35,117 bases of DNA from Nemertoderma westbladi (Eukaryota; Animalia; Xenacoelomorpha). The translations under genes and the position numbers were made by a program. This document shows, piece by piece, positions 10,141 through 21,900 of this stretch (position 1 is the first letter of the stretch; the number at the start of each line of letters is the position of its first letter). Below the pieces are notes generated by a model. The model saw only the letters and a list, made by a program, of their open reading frames with translations, was not told where the DNA came from and did no database searches. The stretch lies in NCBI GenBank assembly GCA_032718475.1, contig JAUCBJ010005856.1, forward strand, positions 1 through 35,117, written 5' to 3'.

Positions 10141-11482
10141 GTTCCATAGTCTGCCGCTAGAGGGCTCAAAGGATGGTATGCTTGAGCATGTGGACGACTT
10201 CTGTTACCTGGGATCATGGATCCGGAAGTCAGGTGAGGACCTTCGAATACGTAAGGGAAAGGCATGGGCAGCCTTGAATAGGCTTTCCAGGATTTGGAAG
10301 TCACCGAGAATTAATCGGAAACTTAAGGTCCGATTATTTAGAGCAGCAGTAGTTCCAGTACTCCTCTATGGGAGTCCATGCTGGGCTCTAACTGCTGAGG
10401 ACACCAAATCTCTGGATGGCACATTCACAAGAATGCTACGCCGGGTTCATTGTGTCAAGTACAATGCACACATCTCCAACCAGACACTATATAACATTGG
10501 AGGTGTCTCATTGGTTCCCCCAAGCTTGACACTAGAACAAAACCGCCTCCGCTTTGCAGGACATTGCTTTCGCCGTGAGGACCAGCCAGTGCATAATCTT
10601 GTACTTTGGCAGCCTCATGGAGTGAATAAGCATGGTGGACAGCCCATGACTTTCTTGAGACGCATCTTAAAGGACACTGGCCTTAAAGATGCGGATGATC
10701 TAGCAAATGTCATGGGTGATAGGGAGGCGGTGCAATTTTGTTGACAAGCCGGCACAGCATTCTTAAAAATGCAGCTGCAATGCAGCATGCCGATCCTAGT
10801 AGTAGGGCGTATGATCTGAAAATTAACATCTTCTCTAACTTTGTTATTTTCATTCCGAATAGGTTTAAACTCGGTAGGCATCTACTACGGCATAGGCCAT
10901 ATCTTTTGTGGAGACATAGAGTAGTCTGAAGTTCCATAGTCTGCCGCTAGAGGGCGTATGATCTGAAAATTAACATCTTCTCTAACTTTGTTATTTTCAT
11001 TCCGAATAGGTTTAAACTCGGTAGGCATCTACTACGGCATAGGCCATATCTTTTGCGGAGACATAGATTAGTCTGAAGTTCCATAGTCTGCCGCTAGAGG
11101 GCGTATGATCTGAAAATTAACAACTTCTCTAACTTTGTTATTTTCATTCCGAATAGGTTTAAACTCGGTAGGCATCTACTACGGCATAGGCCATATCTTT
11201 TGCGGAGATATAGAGTAGTCTGAAGTTCCCCTGTCTGCCGCTAGAGGGCGTATTATTTGAAAATTAACATCTTCTCTAGCTTTGTTATTTACAATCCGCA
11301 AAACTATGAAGTTATATTGCTTAAGAGTTCTAAGGGGCGAGCCATGAGGCAAGATGTTTGAGGCTTATTTAGATATATTATTACTTAATTTTGACCCCCA
11401 AACGGCATCTACTACGGCATAGGCCATATCTTTTGCAGAGTCATAGAGTAGTCTGAAGTTCCCCAGTCTGCCGCTAGAGGGC
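10141..11482 (+). repeat. 147-bp tandem repeat (3 units plus one 233-bp unit), first unit interrupted by a LINE
   Basis: Marker CCGCTAGAGGGC at 10154, 10944, 11091, 11238 and 11471. Spacings are 790 (=147+643 inserted), 147, 147 and 233. Confidence 0.92.
10166..10803 (+). mobile_element. RTE-like LINE copy 3, 5'-truncated, with 5-bp TSD AGGGC
   Basis: ORF 10178-10744 is nearly identical to the copy 1 C-terminus and ends GATCCTAGTAGT. AGGGC flanks it at 10161-10165 and 10804-10808. Removing the insert plus one TSD restores an exact 147-bp unit. Confidence 0.92.
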
Positions 11483-11594
11483 AAAATGTCTCAAAGTGAA
11501 AACCATATGGTAGCCATGAATTGGTTACTAGGCAATAATACTGCATTTTGCAACGTTAGGCCTATTGCTGACCGAACGAAAACTGCCCTGGTTC

Positions 11595-11662
11595 ATGCAT
11601 AGGGATATCGAACCCATGACATACGGGAGATGTGAATTCAACGCAACCACTACACCAAGGTG
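11595..11662 (-). mobile_element. tRNA-derived SINE head or tRNA-like relic with Pol III A and B boxes
   Basis: Minus strand reads TGGTGTAGTGG (A box, 11647-11657) then GGTTCGATATCC (B-box-like, 11603-11614) at tRNA-like spacing. No clean cloverleaf. Confidence 0.5.
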
Positions 11663-11769
11663 GAACAGTAACCTTGGAATTTGTTCGTTGACGTTCGAAT
11701 TTGTAAGACTCTCATTTAAGACCTGACACAGACTATAACTTAAATTAACTATAACTTAAATTAATATAC

Positions 11770-12050
11770 TGTGGAGCGAGCCACGATTAGTGAGCGAAGC
11801 TACTAGCGCACAATTTCAATTAGTATTTGGGCATAATATCATGTCCGTCTGTTTGTCTGCCCATCTGTCTGTAATAGAAAATTCAATCGTTTGACCAATC
11901 AATTTTAACCTAATTTGGATGGACCTACTAGAGGAATAGTTCCAATATTTTGAAAAAAAATTTTCGTGGGGCATTCGTGCTGCACGAGTCGAGTACTCGG
12001 GTTACCCGTTCTCGAGTAAGCAGCCGCTCATGCTGCACGACGCTATACGT
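11770..12050 (+). mobile_element. Possible Helentron-associated (DINE-1/HINE-like) non-autonomous remnant
   Basis: GAGCGAGC/GAGCGAAGC start, a degenerate (GTCY)n microsatellite at 11843-11872, and short palindromes TCGTGC-T-GCACGA (11975-11987), CGAGTACTCG and CGGGT-T-ACCCG. The family call is by resemblance only. Confidence 0.35.
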
Positions 12051-12935
12051 ACGTTTATTTATATACTGCGAGACGTACGAATAGGCTGAAGTGCTATAGT
12101 GGAACCACAAACATATCCACACACATACATACTAATACAGGTGTCGCGATGTCGGGTTATAATTCTACTCCAGCTCTCCGAAATGTTGATCCAATCGACG
12201 GTAAACAAACTGAACATAAACAAAAAAAACATACCAATTTCAGGGTCTTCATAAGGGGCTCCTTACGGCAACGCTTGCGTTGCGTTTCTAGTGGGCGGGT
12301 AGTGAGATATATAGGATGGTGTTGTCCGCATGCAGTGGGCCTAGAACCAACATCTGTCGAATTGCTATAAATACTTTAATTAAAAGAACATAAAACGATA
12401 TCAACCCTTTAACTTCTGAATAATAACTATGTAGCTAATTAGTTACATAACATTAAAGGAAATCCATCTCTTATCTAAAACACTTAAACTTGAGGCCATC
12501 GGATATCGTGGAGCGCGATTCTTACTTGAGAATTACTCCAACGGTATAAATATATAATGTATATATATATAATGTATTTATACAAAGGATATAATTTAGA
12601 CACATTTTATTCCTAACTTGTACTTTTTATTTATCTTTATATAAATCCGGTACTTTTTTTCACAGATTTGTCGTCTCAAGGGAATCATTTTCGTTCCGGA
12701 CTTTTTAAAAGTAACAGTATTTTGCGAACAGTATTTTTCTGATTATTGATCATATACGGTTGTTATTTTTTATAATTTCCACCATATCACTTATATCACT
12801 TATAATTTCTACAATTTTAGGTCACGTGTTCGATCCCACCTAAACGTTAAGCTGTGGTCAACGAAAATTATAATAAAATGAATCTACTCACCACCCAAAA
12901 TACCAATAATATTAATTTTATGGTAGTTAGTGATA

Positions 12936-15900
12936 TTTCGTCTCCATATATTTTTTGGTCCTTTCCGTCCCCTGGACTTTTCGTCTCCAAATATATTTTT
13001 AACCTTTCCGTCCCCCGGACTTTTCGTCTCCATATATTTTTTGAACCTTTCCGTCCCCCGGACTTTTCGTCTCCATATATTTTCTGAGCCTTTCCGTCCC
13101 CCAGGACTTTTCGTCTCCATTTATTTTTTGAATCTTTCCATTCCCCGGACTTTTCGTCTCCATATATTTTTTGGTCCTTTCCGTCCCCATGACTTTTCGT
13201 CTCCATATATATTTTTCACCTTTCCGTCCCCAGGACTTTTCGACTCCAAATATATTTTTAACCTTTCCGTCCCCCGGACTTTTCGTCTCCATATATTTTT
13301 GAACCTTTCCGTCCCCCGGACTTTTTGTCTCCATATATTTTTTGGTCCTACCCGTCCCCAGGACTTTTCGTCTCCAAATATATTTTTCACCTTTCCGTCC
13401 CCAGGACTTTTCGACTCCAAATATATTTTTCACCTTTCCGTCCCCAGGACTTTTCGTCTCTATATATTTTTTGGACCTTTCCATCCCCCGGACTTTTAGT
13501 CTCCATATATTTTTTGGTCCTTTCCGTCCCCTGGACTTTTCGTCTCCAAATATATTTTTCACCTTTCCGTCCCCAGGACTTTTCGTCTCCAAATATATTT
13601 TTAACCTTTCCGTCCCCAGGACTTTTCGTCTCCAAATATATTTTTCACCTTTCCGTCCCCAGGACTTTTCGTCTCCATATCTTTTTTGGTCCTTTCCGTC
13701 CCCATGACTTTTCGTCTCCATATATATTTTTCACCTTTCCGTCCCCAGGACTTTTCGACTCCAAATATATTTTTTACCTTTCCGTCCCCAGTACTTTTCG
13801 TCTCCATATATTTTTTGGACCTTTCCGTCCCCCGGACTTTTTGTCTCCATATATTTTTTGGTCCTACCCGTCCCCAGGACTTTTCGTCTCCAAATATATT
13901 TTTCACACTCCGTCCCCAGGACTTTTCGTCTCTATATATTTTTTGGACCTTTCCATCCCCCGGACTTTTAGTCTCCATATATTTTTGGACCTTTCCGTCC
14001 CCTGGACTTTTCGTCTCCATATATTTTTGGACCTTTCCGTCCCCTGGACTTTTCGTCTCCAAATATATTTTTCACCTTTCCGTCCCCAGGACTTTTCGTC
14101 TCCAAATATATTTTTAACCTTTCCGTTCGCAGGACTTATCGTCTCCATATATTTTTTGAACCTTTCCATCCCCAGGACTTTTTGTCTCCATATATTTTTT
14201 GAACCTTTCCGTCCCCGGACTTTTTGTCTCCATATATTTTTTGAACCTTTCCGTCCCCTGGACTTTTCGTCTCCATATATTTTTGAACCTTTCCGTCCCC
14301 CGGACTTTTCGTCTCCATATATTTTTTGAACCTTTCCGTCCCCAGGACTTTTCGTCTCCATATATTTTTGAACCTTTCCGTCCCCCGGACTTTTTGTCTC
14401 CATATATTTTTGGACCTTTCCGTCCCCCGGACTTTTCGTCTCCATATATTTTTTTAACCTTTCCGTCCCCAGGAACCTTTCCGTCCCCCGGACTTTTTGT
14501 CTCCATATATTTTTGGACCTTTCCGTCCCCCGGACTTTTCGTCTCCATATATTTTTTTAACCTTTCCGTCCCCAGGACTTTTCGTCTCCATATATTTTTT
14601 TAACCTTTCCGTCCCCAGGACTTTTCGTCTCCATATATTTTTTTAACCTTTCCGTCCCCAGGACTTTTCGTCTCCATATATTTTTGAACCTTTCCGTCCC
14701 CCGGACTTTTTGTCTCCATATATTTTTGAACCTTTCCGTCCCCAGGACTTTTCGTCTCCATATATTTTTTGAACCTTTCCATCCCCCAGACTTTTCGTCT
14801 CCATATATTTTTGAACCTTTCCGTCCCCAGGACTTTTCGTCTCCATATATTTTTTTAACCTTTCCGTCCCCTGGACTTTTCGTCTCCATATATTTTTTTA
14901 ACCTTTCCGTCCCCAGGACTTTTCGTCTCCATATATTTTTGAACCTTTCCGTCCCCCGGACTTTTTGTCTCCATATATTTTTGAACCTTTCCGTCCCCCG
15001 GACTTTTTGTCTCCATATATTTTTGAACCTTTCCGTCCCCCGGACTTTTCGTCTCCATATATTTTTTTAACCTTTCCGTCCCCAGGACTTTTCGTCTCCA
15101 TATATTTTTCACCTTTCCGTCCCCCGGACTTTTCGTCTCCATATATTTTTTTAACCTTTCCGTCCCCAGGACTTTTCGTCTCCATATATTTTTTTAACCT
15201 TTCCGTCCCCAGGACTTTTCGTCTCCATATATTTTTGAACCTTTCCGTCCCCCGGACTTTTTGTCTCCATATATTTTTGAACCTTTCCGTCCCCCGGACT
15301 TTTTGTCTCCATATATTTTTGAACCTTTCCGTCCCCCGGACTTTTCGTCTCCATATATTTTTTTAACCTTTCCGTCCCCTGGACTTTTCGTCTCCATATA
15401 TTTTTGAACCTTTCCGTCCCCTGGACTTTTCGTCTCCATATATTTTTTTAACCTTTCCGTCCCCAGGACTTTTCGTCTCCATATATTTTTAACCTTTCCG
15501 TCCCCCGGACTTTTCGTCTCCATATATTTTTGAACCTTTCCGTCCCCCGGACTTTTCGTCTCCATATATTTTTGAATCTTTCCGTCCCCCGGACTTTTTG
15601 TCTCCATATATTTTTGGACCTTTCCGTCCCCCGGACTTTTCGTCTCCATATATTTTTGAACCTTTCCGTCCCCCGGACTTTTTGTCTCCATATATTTTTG
15701 AACCTTTCCGTCCCCCGGACTTTTCGTCTCCATATATTTTTAACCTTTCCGTCCCCCGGACTTTTCGTCTCCATATATTTTTGAACCTTTCCGTCCCCCG
15801 GACTTTTCGTCTCCATATATTTTTGAACCTTTCCGTCCCCCGGACTTTTTGTCTCCATATATTTTTGAACCTTTCCGTCCCCCGGACTTTTCATCTCCAT

Positions 15901-18900
15901 GTATTTTTGAATCTTTCCGTCCCCCGGACTTTTTGTCTCCATATATTTTTGAACCTTTCCGTCCCCCGGACTTTTCGTCTCCATATATTTTTGAACCTTT
16001 CCGTCCCCCGGACTTTTCGTCTCCATATATTTTTGAACCTTTCCGTCCCCCGGACTTTTCGTCTCCATATATTTTTGAACCTTTCCGTCCCCCGGACTTT
16101 TCGTCTCCATATATTTTTGAACCTTTCCGTCCCCCGGACTTTTCGTCTCCATATATTTTTGAACCTTTCCGTCCCCCGGACTTTTCGTCTCCATATATTT
16201 TTGAACCTTTCCGTCCCCCGGACTTTTCGTCTCCATATATTTTTGAACCTTTCCGTCCCCCGGACTTTTCGTCTCCATATATTTTTCACCTTTCCGTCCC
16301 CATGACTTATCGTCTCCATATATTTTTTGGACCTTTCCGTCCCCAGGACTTTTCGTCTCCATATATTTTTGAACCTTTCCGTCCCCCGGACTTTTTGTCT
16401 CCATATATTTTTTGAACCTTTCCGTCCCCCGGACTTTTCGTCTCCATATATTTTTTTAACCTTTCCGTCCCCCGGACTTTTCGTCTCCATATATTTTTGA
16501 ACCTTTCCGTCCCCCGGACTTTTCGTCTCCATATATTTTTGAACCTTTCCGTCCCCAGGACTTTTCGTCTCCATATATTTTTGAACCTTTCCGTCCCCCG
16601 GACTTTTCGTCTCCATATATTTTTGAACCTTTCCGTCCCCCGGACTTTTCGTCTCCATATATTTTTTTAACCTTTCCGTCCCCCGGACTTTTTGTCTCCA
16701 TATATTTTTGAACCTTTCCGTCCCCCGGACTTTTTGTCTCCATCTATTTTTGAACCTTTCCGTCCCCCGGACTTTTCGTCTCCATATATTTTTGAACCTT
16801 TCCGTCCCCAGGACTTTTCGTCTCCATATATTTTTGAACCTTTCCGTCCCCCGGACTTTTCGTCTCCATATATTTTTGAACCTTTCCGTCCCCAGGACTT
16901 TTCGTCTCCATATATTTTTTTAACCTTTCCGTCCCCCGGACTTTTCGTCTCCATATATTTTTGAACCTTTCCGTCCCCCGGACTTTTCGTCTCCATATAT
17001 TTTTGAACCTTTCCGTCCCCAGGACTTTTCGTCTCCATATATTTTTGAACCTTTCCGTCCCCCGGACTTTTCGTCTCCATATATTTTTGAACCTTTCCGT
17101 CCCCCGGACTTTTCGTCTCCATATATTTTTTTAACCTTTCCGTCCCCCGGACTTTTTGTCTCCATATATTTTTGAACCTTTCCGTCCCCCGGACTTTTCG
17201 TCTCCATATATTTTTGAACCTTTCCGTCCCCAGGACTTTTCGTCTCCATATATTTTTGAACCTTTCCGTCCCCCGGACTTTTCGTCTCCATATATTTTTG
17301 AACCTTTCCGTCCCCCGGACTTTTCGTCTCCATATATTTTTTTAACCTTTCCGTCCCCCGGACTTTTTGTCTCCATATATTTTTGAACCTTTCCGTCCCC
17401 CGGACTTTTTGTCTCCATCTATTTTTGAACCTTTCCGTCCCCCGGACTTTTCGTCTCCATATATTTTTGAACCTTTCCGTCCCCAGGACTTTTCGTCTCC
17501 ATATATTTTTGAACCTTTCCGTCCCCCGGACTTTTCGTCTCCATATATTTTTGAACCTTTCCGTCCCCCGGACTTTTCGTCTCCATATATTTTTGAACCT
17601 TTCCGTCCCCCGGACTTTTCGTCTCCATATATTTTTGAACCTTTCCGTCCCCCGGACTTTTCGTCTCCATATATTTTTGAACCTTTCCGTCCCCCGGACT
17701 TTTTGTCTCCATATATTTTTGGACCTTTCCGTCCCCCGGACTTTTCGTCTCCATATATTTTTTTAACCCGTCCCCCGGACTTTTCGTCTCCATATATTTT
17801 TGAACCTTTCCGTCCCCAGGACTTTTCGTCTCCATATATTTTTGAACCTTTCCGTCCCCCGGACTTTTCGTCTCCATATATTTTTGAACCTTTCCGTCCC
17901 CAGGACTTTTCGTCTACATATATTTTTGGACCTTTCCGTCCCCCGGACTTTTCGTCTCCATATATTTTTTTAACCTTTCCGTCCCCCGGACTTTTCGTCT
18001 CCATATATTTTTGAACCTTTCCGTCCCCAGGACTTTTCGTCTCCATATATTTTTGAACCTTTCCGTCCCCCGGACTTTTCGTCTCCATATATTTTTGAAC
18101 CTTTCCGTCCCCCGGACTTTTTGTCTCCATATATTTTTTGGTCCTTCCGTCCCCAGGACTTTTCGTCTCCATATATTTTTTGAACCTTTCCGTCCCCCGG
18201 ACTTTTTGTCTCCATATATTTGTTGTCCCTTCCGTCCCCCGGACTTTTCGTCTCCATATGTTTTTGAACCTTTCCGTCCCCCGGACTTTTTGTCTCCATA
18301 TATTTTTTGTCCCTTCCGTCCCCAGGACTTTTCGTCTCCATATATTTTTTGAACCTTTCCGTCCCCGGACTTTTTGTCTCCATATATTTTTGAACCTTTC
18401 CGTCCCCCGGACTTTTCGTCTCCATATATTTTTGAACCTTTCCGTCCCCCGGACTTTTTGTCTCCATATATTTTTTGTCCCTTCCGTCCCCATGACTTTT
18501 CGTCTCCATATATTTTTTGGACCTTTCCGTCCCCCGGACTTTTCGTCTCCATATATTTTTTTAACCTTTCCGTCCCCAGGACTTTTCGTCTCCATATATT
18601 TTTTTAACCTTTCCGTCCCCCGGACTTTTTGTCTCCATATATTTTGTGGATCTTTCCATCCCCCGGACTTTTCGTCTCCATGTATTTTTTGAATCTTTCC
18701 ATCCCCCGGACTTTTCGTCTCCATATATATTTTTCACCTTTCCGTCCCCCGGACTTTTCGTCTCCATATATTTTTTGAACCTTTCCGTCCCCCGGACTTT
18801 TTGTCTCCATATATTTTTGAACCTTTCCGTCCCCCGGACTTTTCGTCTCCATATATTTTTTTAACCTTTCCGTCCCCCGGACTTTTCGTCTCCAAATATA

Positions 18901-21900
18901 TTTTTAACCTTTCCGTCCCCAGGACTTTTCGTCTCCATATATTTTTAACCTTTCCGTCCCCCGGACTTTTTGTCTCCATATATTTTGTGGATCTTTCCAT
19001 CCCCCGGACTTTTCGTCTCCATATATTTTTTGAACCTTTCCGTCCCCCGGACTTTTCGTCTCCAAATATATTTTTAACCTTTCCGTCCCCCGGACTTTTC
19101 GTCTCCATATATTTTTTGAACCTTTCCGTCCCCCGGACTTTTCGTCTCCAAATATATTTTTAACCTTTCCGTCCCCAGGACTTTTCGTCTCCATATATTT
19201 TTGAACCTTTCCGTCCCCCGGACTTTTTGTCTCCATATATTTTTGAACCTTTCCGTCCCCCGGACTTTTTGTCTCCATATATTTTTAACCTTTCCGTCCC
19301 CCGGACTTTTCGTCTCCATATATTTTTGAACCTTTCCGTCCCCCGGACTTTTCGTCTCCATGTATTTTTTGAATCTTTCCATCCCCCGGACTTTTCGTCT
19401 CCATGTATTTTTTGAATCTTTCCATCCCCCGGACTTTTCGTCTCCATATATATTTTTCACCTTTCCGTCCCCAGGACTTTTCGACTCCAAATATATTTTT
19501 CACCTTTCCGTCCCCCGGACTTTTCGTCTCCATATATTTTTTGAACCTTTCCGTCCCCCGGACTTTTCGTCTCCATATATTTTTGAACCTTTCCGTCCCC
19601 CGGACTTTTCGTCTCCATATATTTTTGAACCTTTCCGTCCCCAGGACTTTTTGTCTCCATATATTTTGTTGATCTTTCCATCCCCGGACTTTTCGTCTCC
19701 ATGTATTTTTGAATCTTTCCGTCCCCCGGACTTTTCGTCTCCATATATTTTTGAACCTTTCCGTCCCCCGGACTTTTCGTCTCCATATATTTTTGAACCT
19801 TTCCGTCCCCCGGACTTTTCGTCTCCATATAGTTTTTGGACCTTTCCGTCCCCAGGACTTTTCGTCTCCATATATTTTTTGGTCCTTTCCGTCCCCAGGA
19901 CTTTTCGTCTCCATATATTTCTTGGACCTTTCCGTCCCCATGACTTTTCGTCTCCATATTTTTTTTTAATCTTTCCATTCCCCGGACTTTTCGTCTCCAT
20001 ATATTTTTTGAACCTTTCCGTCCCCAGGACTTTTCGTCTCCATATATTTTTTGAATCTTTCCATTCCCCGGACTTTTAGTCTCCATATATTTTTTGAACC
20101 TTTCCGTCCCCAGGACTTTTCGTCTCCATATATTTTTTGAACCTTTCCGTCCCCAGGACTTTTCGTCTCCATATATTTTTTTGGACCTTTCCGTCCCCAG
20201 GACTTTTCGTCTCCATATATTTTTTGAACCTTTCCGTCCCCAGGACTTTTCGTCTCCATATATTTCTTGGACCTTTCCGTCCCCAGGACTTTTCGTCTCC
20301 ATATTTTTTTTTAATCTTTCCATTCCCCGGACTTTTCGTCTCCATATATTTTTTGAACCTTTCCGTCCCCAGGACTTTTCGTCTCCATATATTTTTTTGG
20401 ACCTTTCCGTCCCCAGGACTTTTCGTCTCCATATATTTTTTGGACCTTTCCGTCCCCAGGACTTTTCGTCTCCATATATTTCTTGGACCTTTCCGTCCCC
20501 ATGACTTTTCGTCTCCATATTTTTTTTTAATCTTTCCATTCCCCGGACTTTTCGTCTCCATATATTTTTTGAACCTTTCCGTCCCCAGGACTTTTCGTCT
20601 CCATATATTTTTTTGGACCTTTCCGTCCCCAGGACTTTTCGTCTCCATATATTTTTTGGACCTTTTCGTCCCCAGGACTTTTCGTCTCCATATATTTTTT
20701 TGAACCTTTCCGTCCCCAGGACTTTTCGTCTCCATATATTTTTTTGGACTTTTCCGTCCCCATGACTTTTCGTCTCCATATTTTTTTTTAATCTTTCCGT
20801 CCCCAGGACTTTTCGTCTCCATATATTTTTTGGACCTTTCCGTCCCCATGACTTATCGTCTCCATATATTTTTTGGACCTTTCCGTCCCCAGGACTTTTC
20901 GCCTCCATATTTTTTTGAATCTTTCCATTCCCCGGACTTTTAGTCTCCATATATTTCTGAATCTTTCCATTTCCCAGGACTTTTCGTCTCCATATATTTT
21001 TTTGGACCTTTCCGTCCCCAGGACTTTTCGTCTCCATATATTTTTTGGACCTTTTCGTCCCCAGGACTTTTCGTCTCCATATATTTTTTTGAACCTTTCC
21101 GTCCCCAGGACTTTTCGTCTCCATATATTTTTTTGGACCTTTCCGTCCCCATGACTTTTCGTCTCCATATTTTTTTTTAATCTTTCCGTCCCCAGGACTT
21201 TTCGTCTCCATATATTTTTTGGACCTTTCCGTCCCCATGACTTATCGTCTCCATATATTTTTTGGACCTTTCCGTCCCCAGGACTTTTCGCCTCCATATT
21301 TTTTTGAATCTTTCCATTCCCCGGACTTTTAGTCTCCATATATTTCTGAATCTTTCCATTTCCCAGGACTTTTCGTCTCCATATATTTTTTGAACCTTTC
21401 CGTCTACAGGACTTTTCTTCTCCAAATATATTTTTCACCTTTCCGTCCCCAGGACATTTCGACTCCAAATATATTTTTCACCATTCCGTCCCCAGGACTT
21501 TTTGTCTCCATATATTTTTTGGTCCTTTCCGTCTCCCAGACTTTTCGTCTCCAAATATATTTTTCACCTTTCCGTCCCCAGGACCTTTCGTCTCCAAATA
21601 TATGTTTCACCTTTCCGTCCCCAGGACTTTTCGTCTCCAAATATATTTTTCACCTTTCCGTTCCCAGGACTTTTCGTCTCCATATATTTTTTGAACCTTT
21701 CCGTCCCCCGGACTTTTCGTCTCCAAATATATTTTTAACCTTTCCGTCCCCCGGACTTTTCGTCTCCATATATTTTTTGAACCTTTCCGTCCCCCGGACT
21801 TTTCGTCTCCAAATATATTTTTAACCTTTCCGTCCCCAGGACTTTTCGTCTCCATATATTTTTGAACCTTTCCGTCCCCCGGACTTTTTGTCTCCATATA

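Noticed and set aside
11595-11662. Functional tRNA gene
   Set aside because: A and B boxes are present, but acceptor and anticodon stems cannot be formed; treated as a SINE-like relic.
11733-11764. 16-bp tandem duplication ACTATAACTTAAATTA
   Set aside because: An ordinary slippage duplication with no further structure.
12819-12842. B-box-like GTTCGATCCC
   Set aside because: There is no upstream A box, and it is too short to call.
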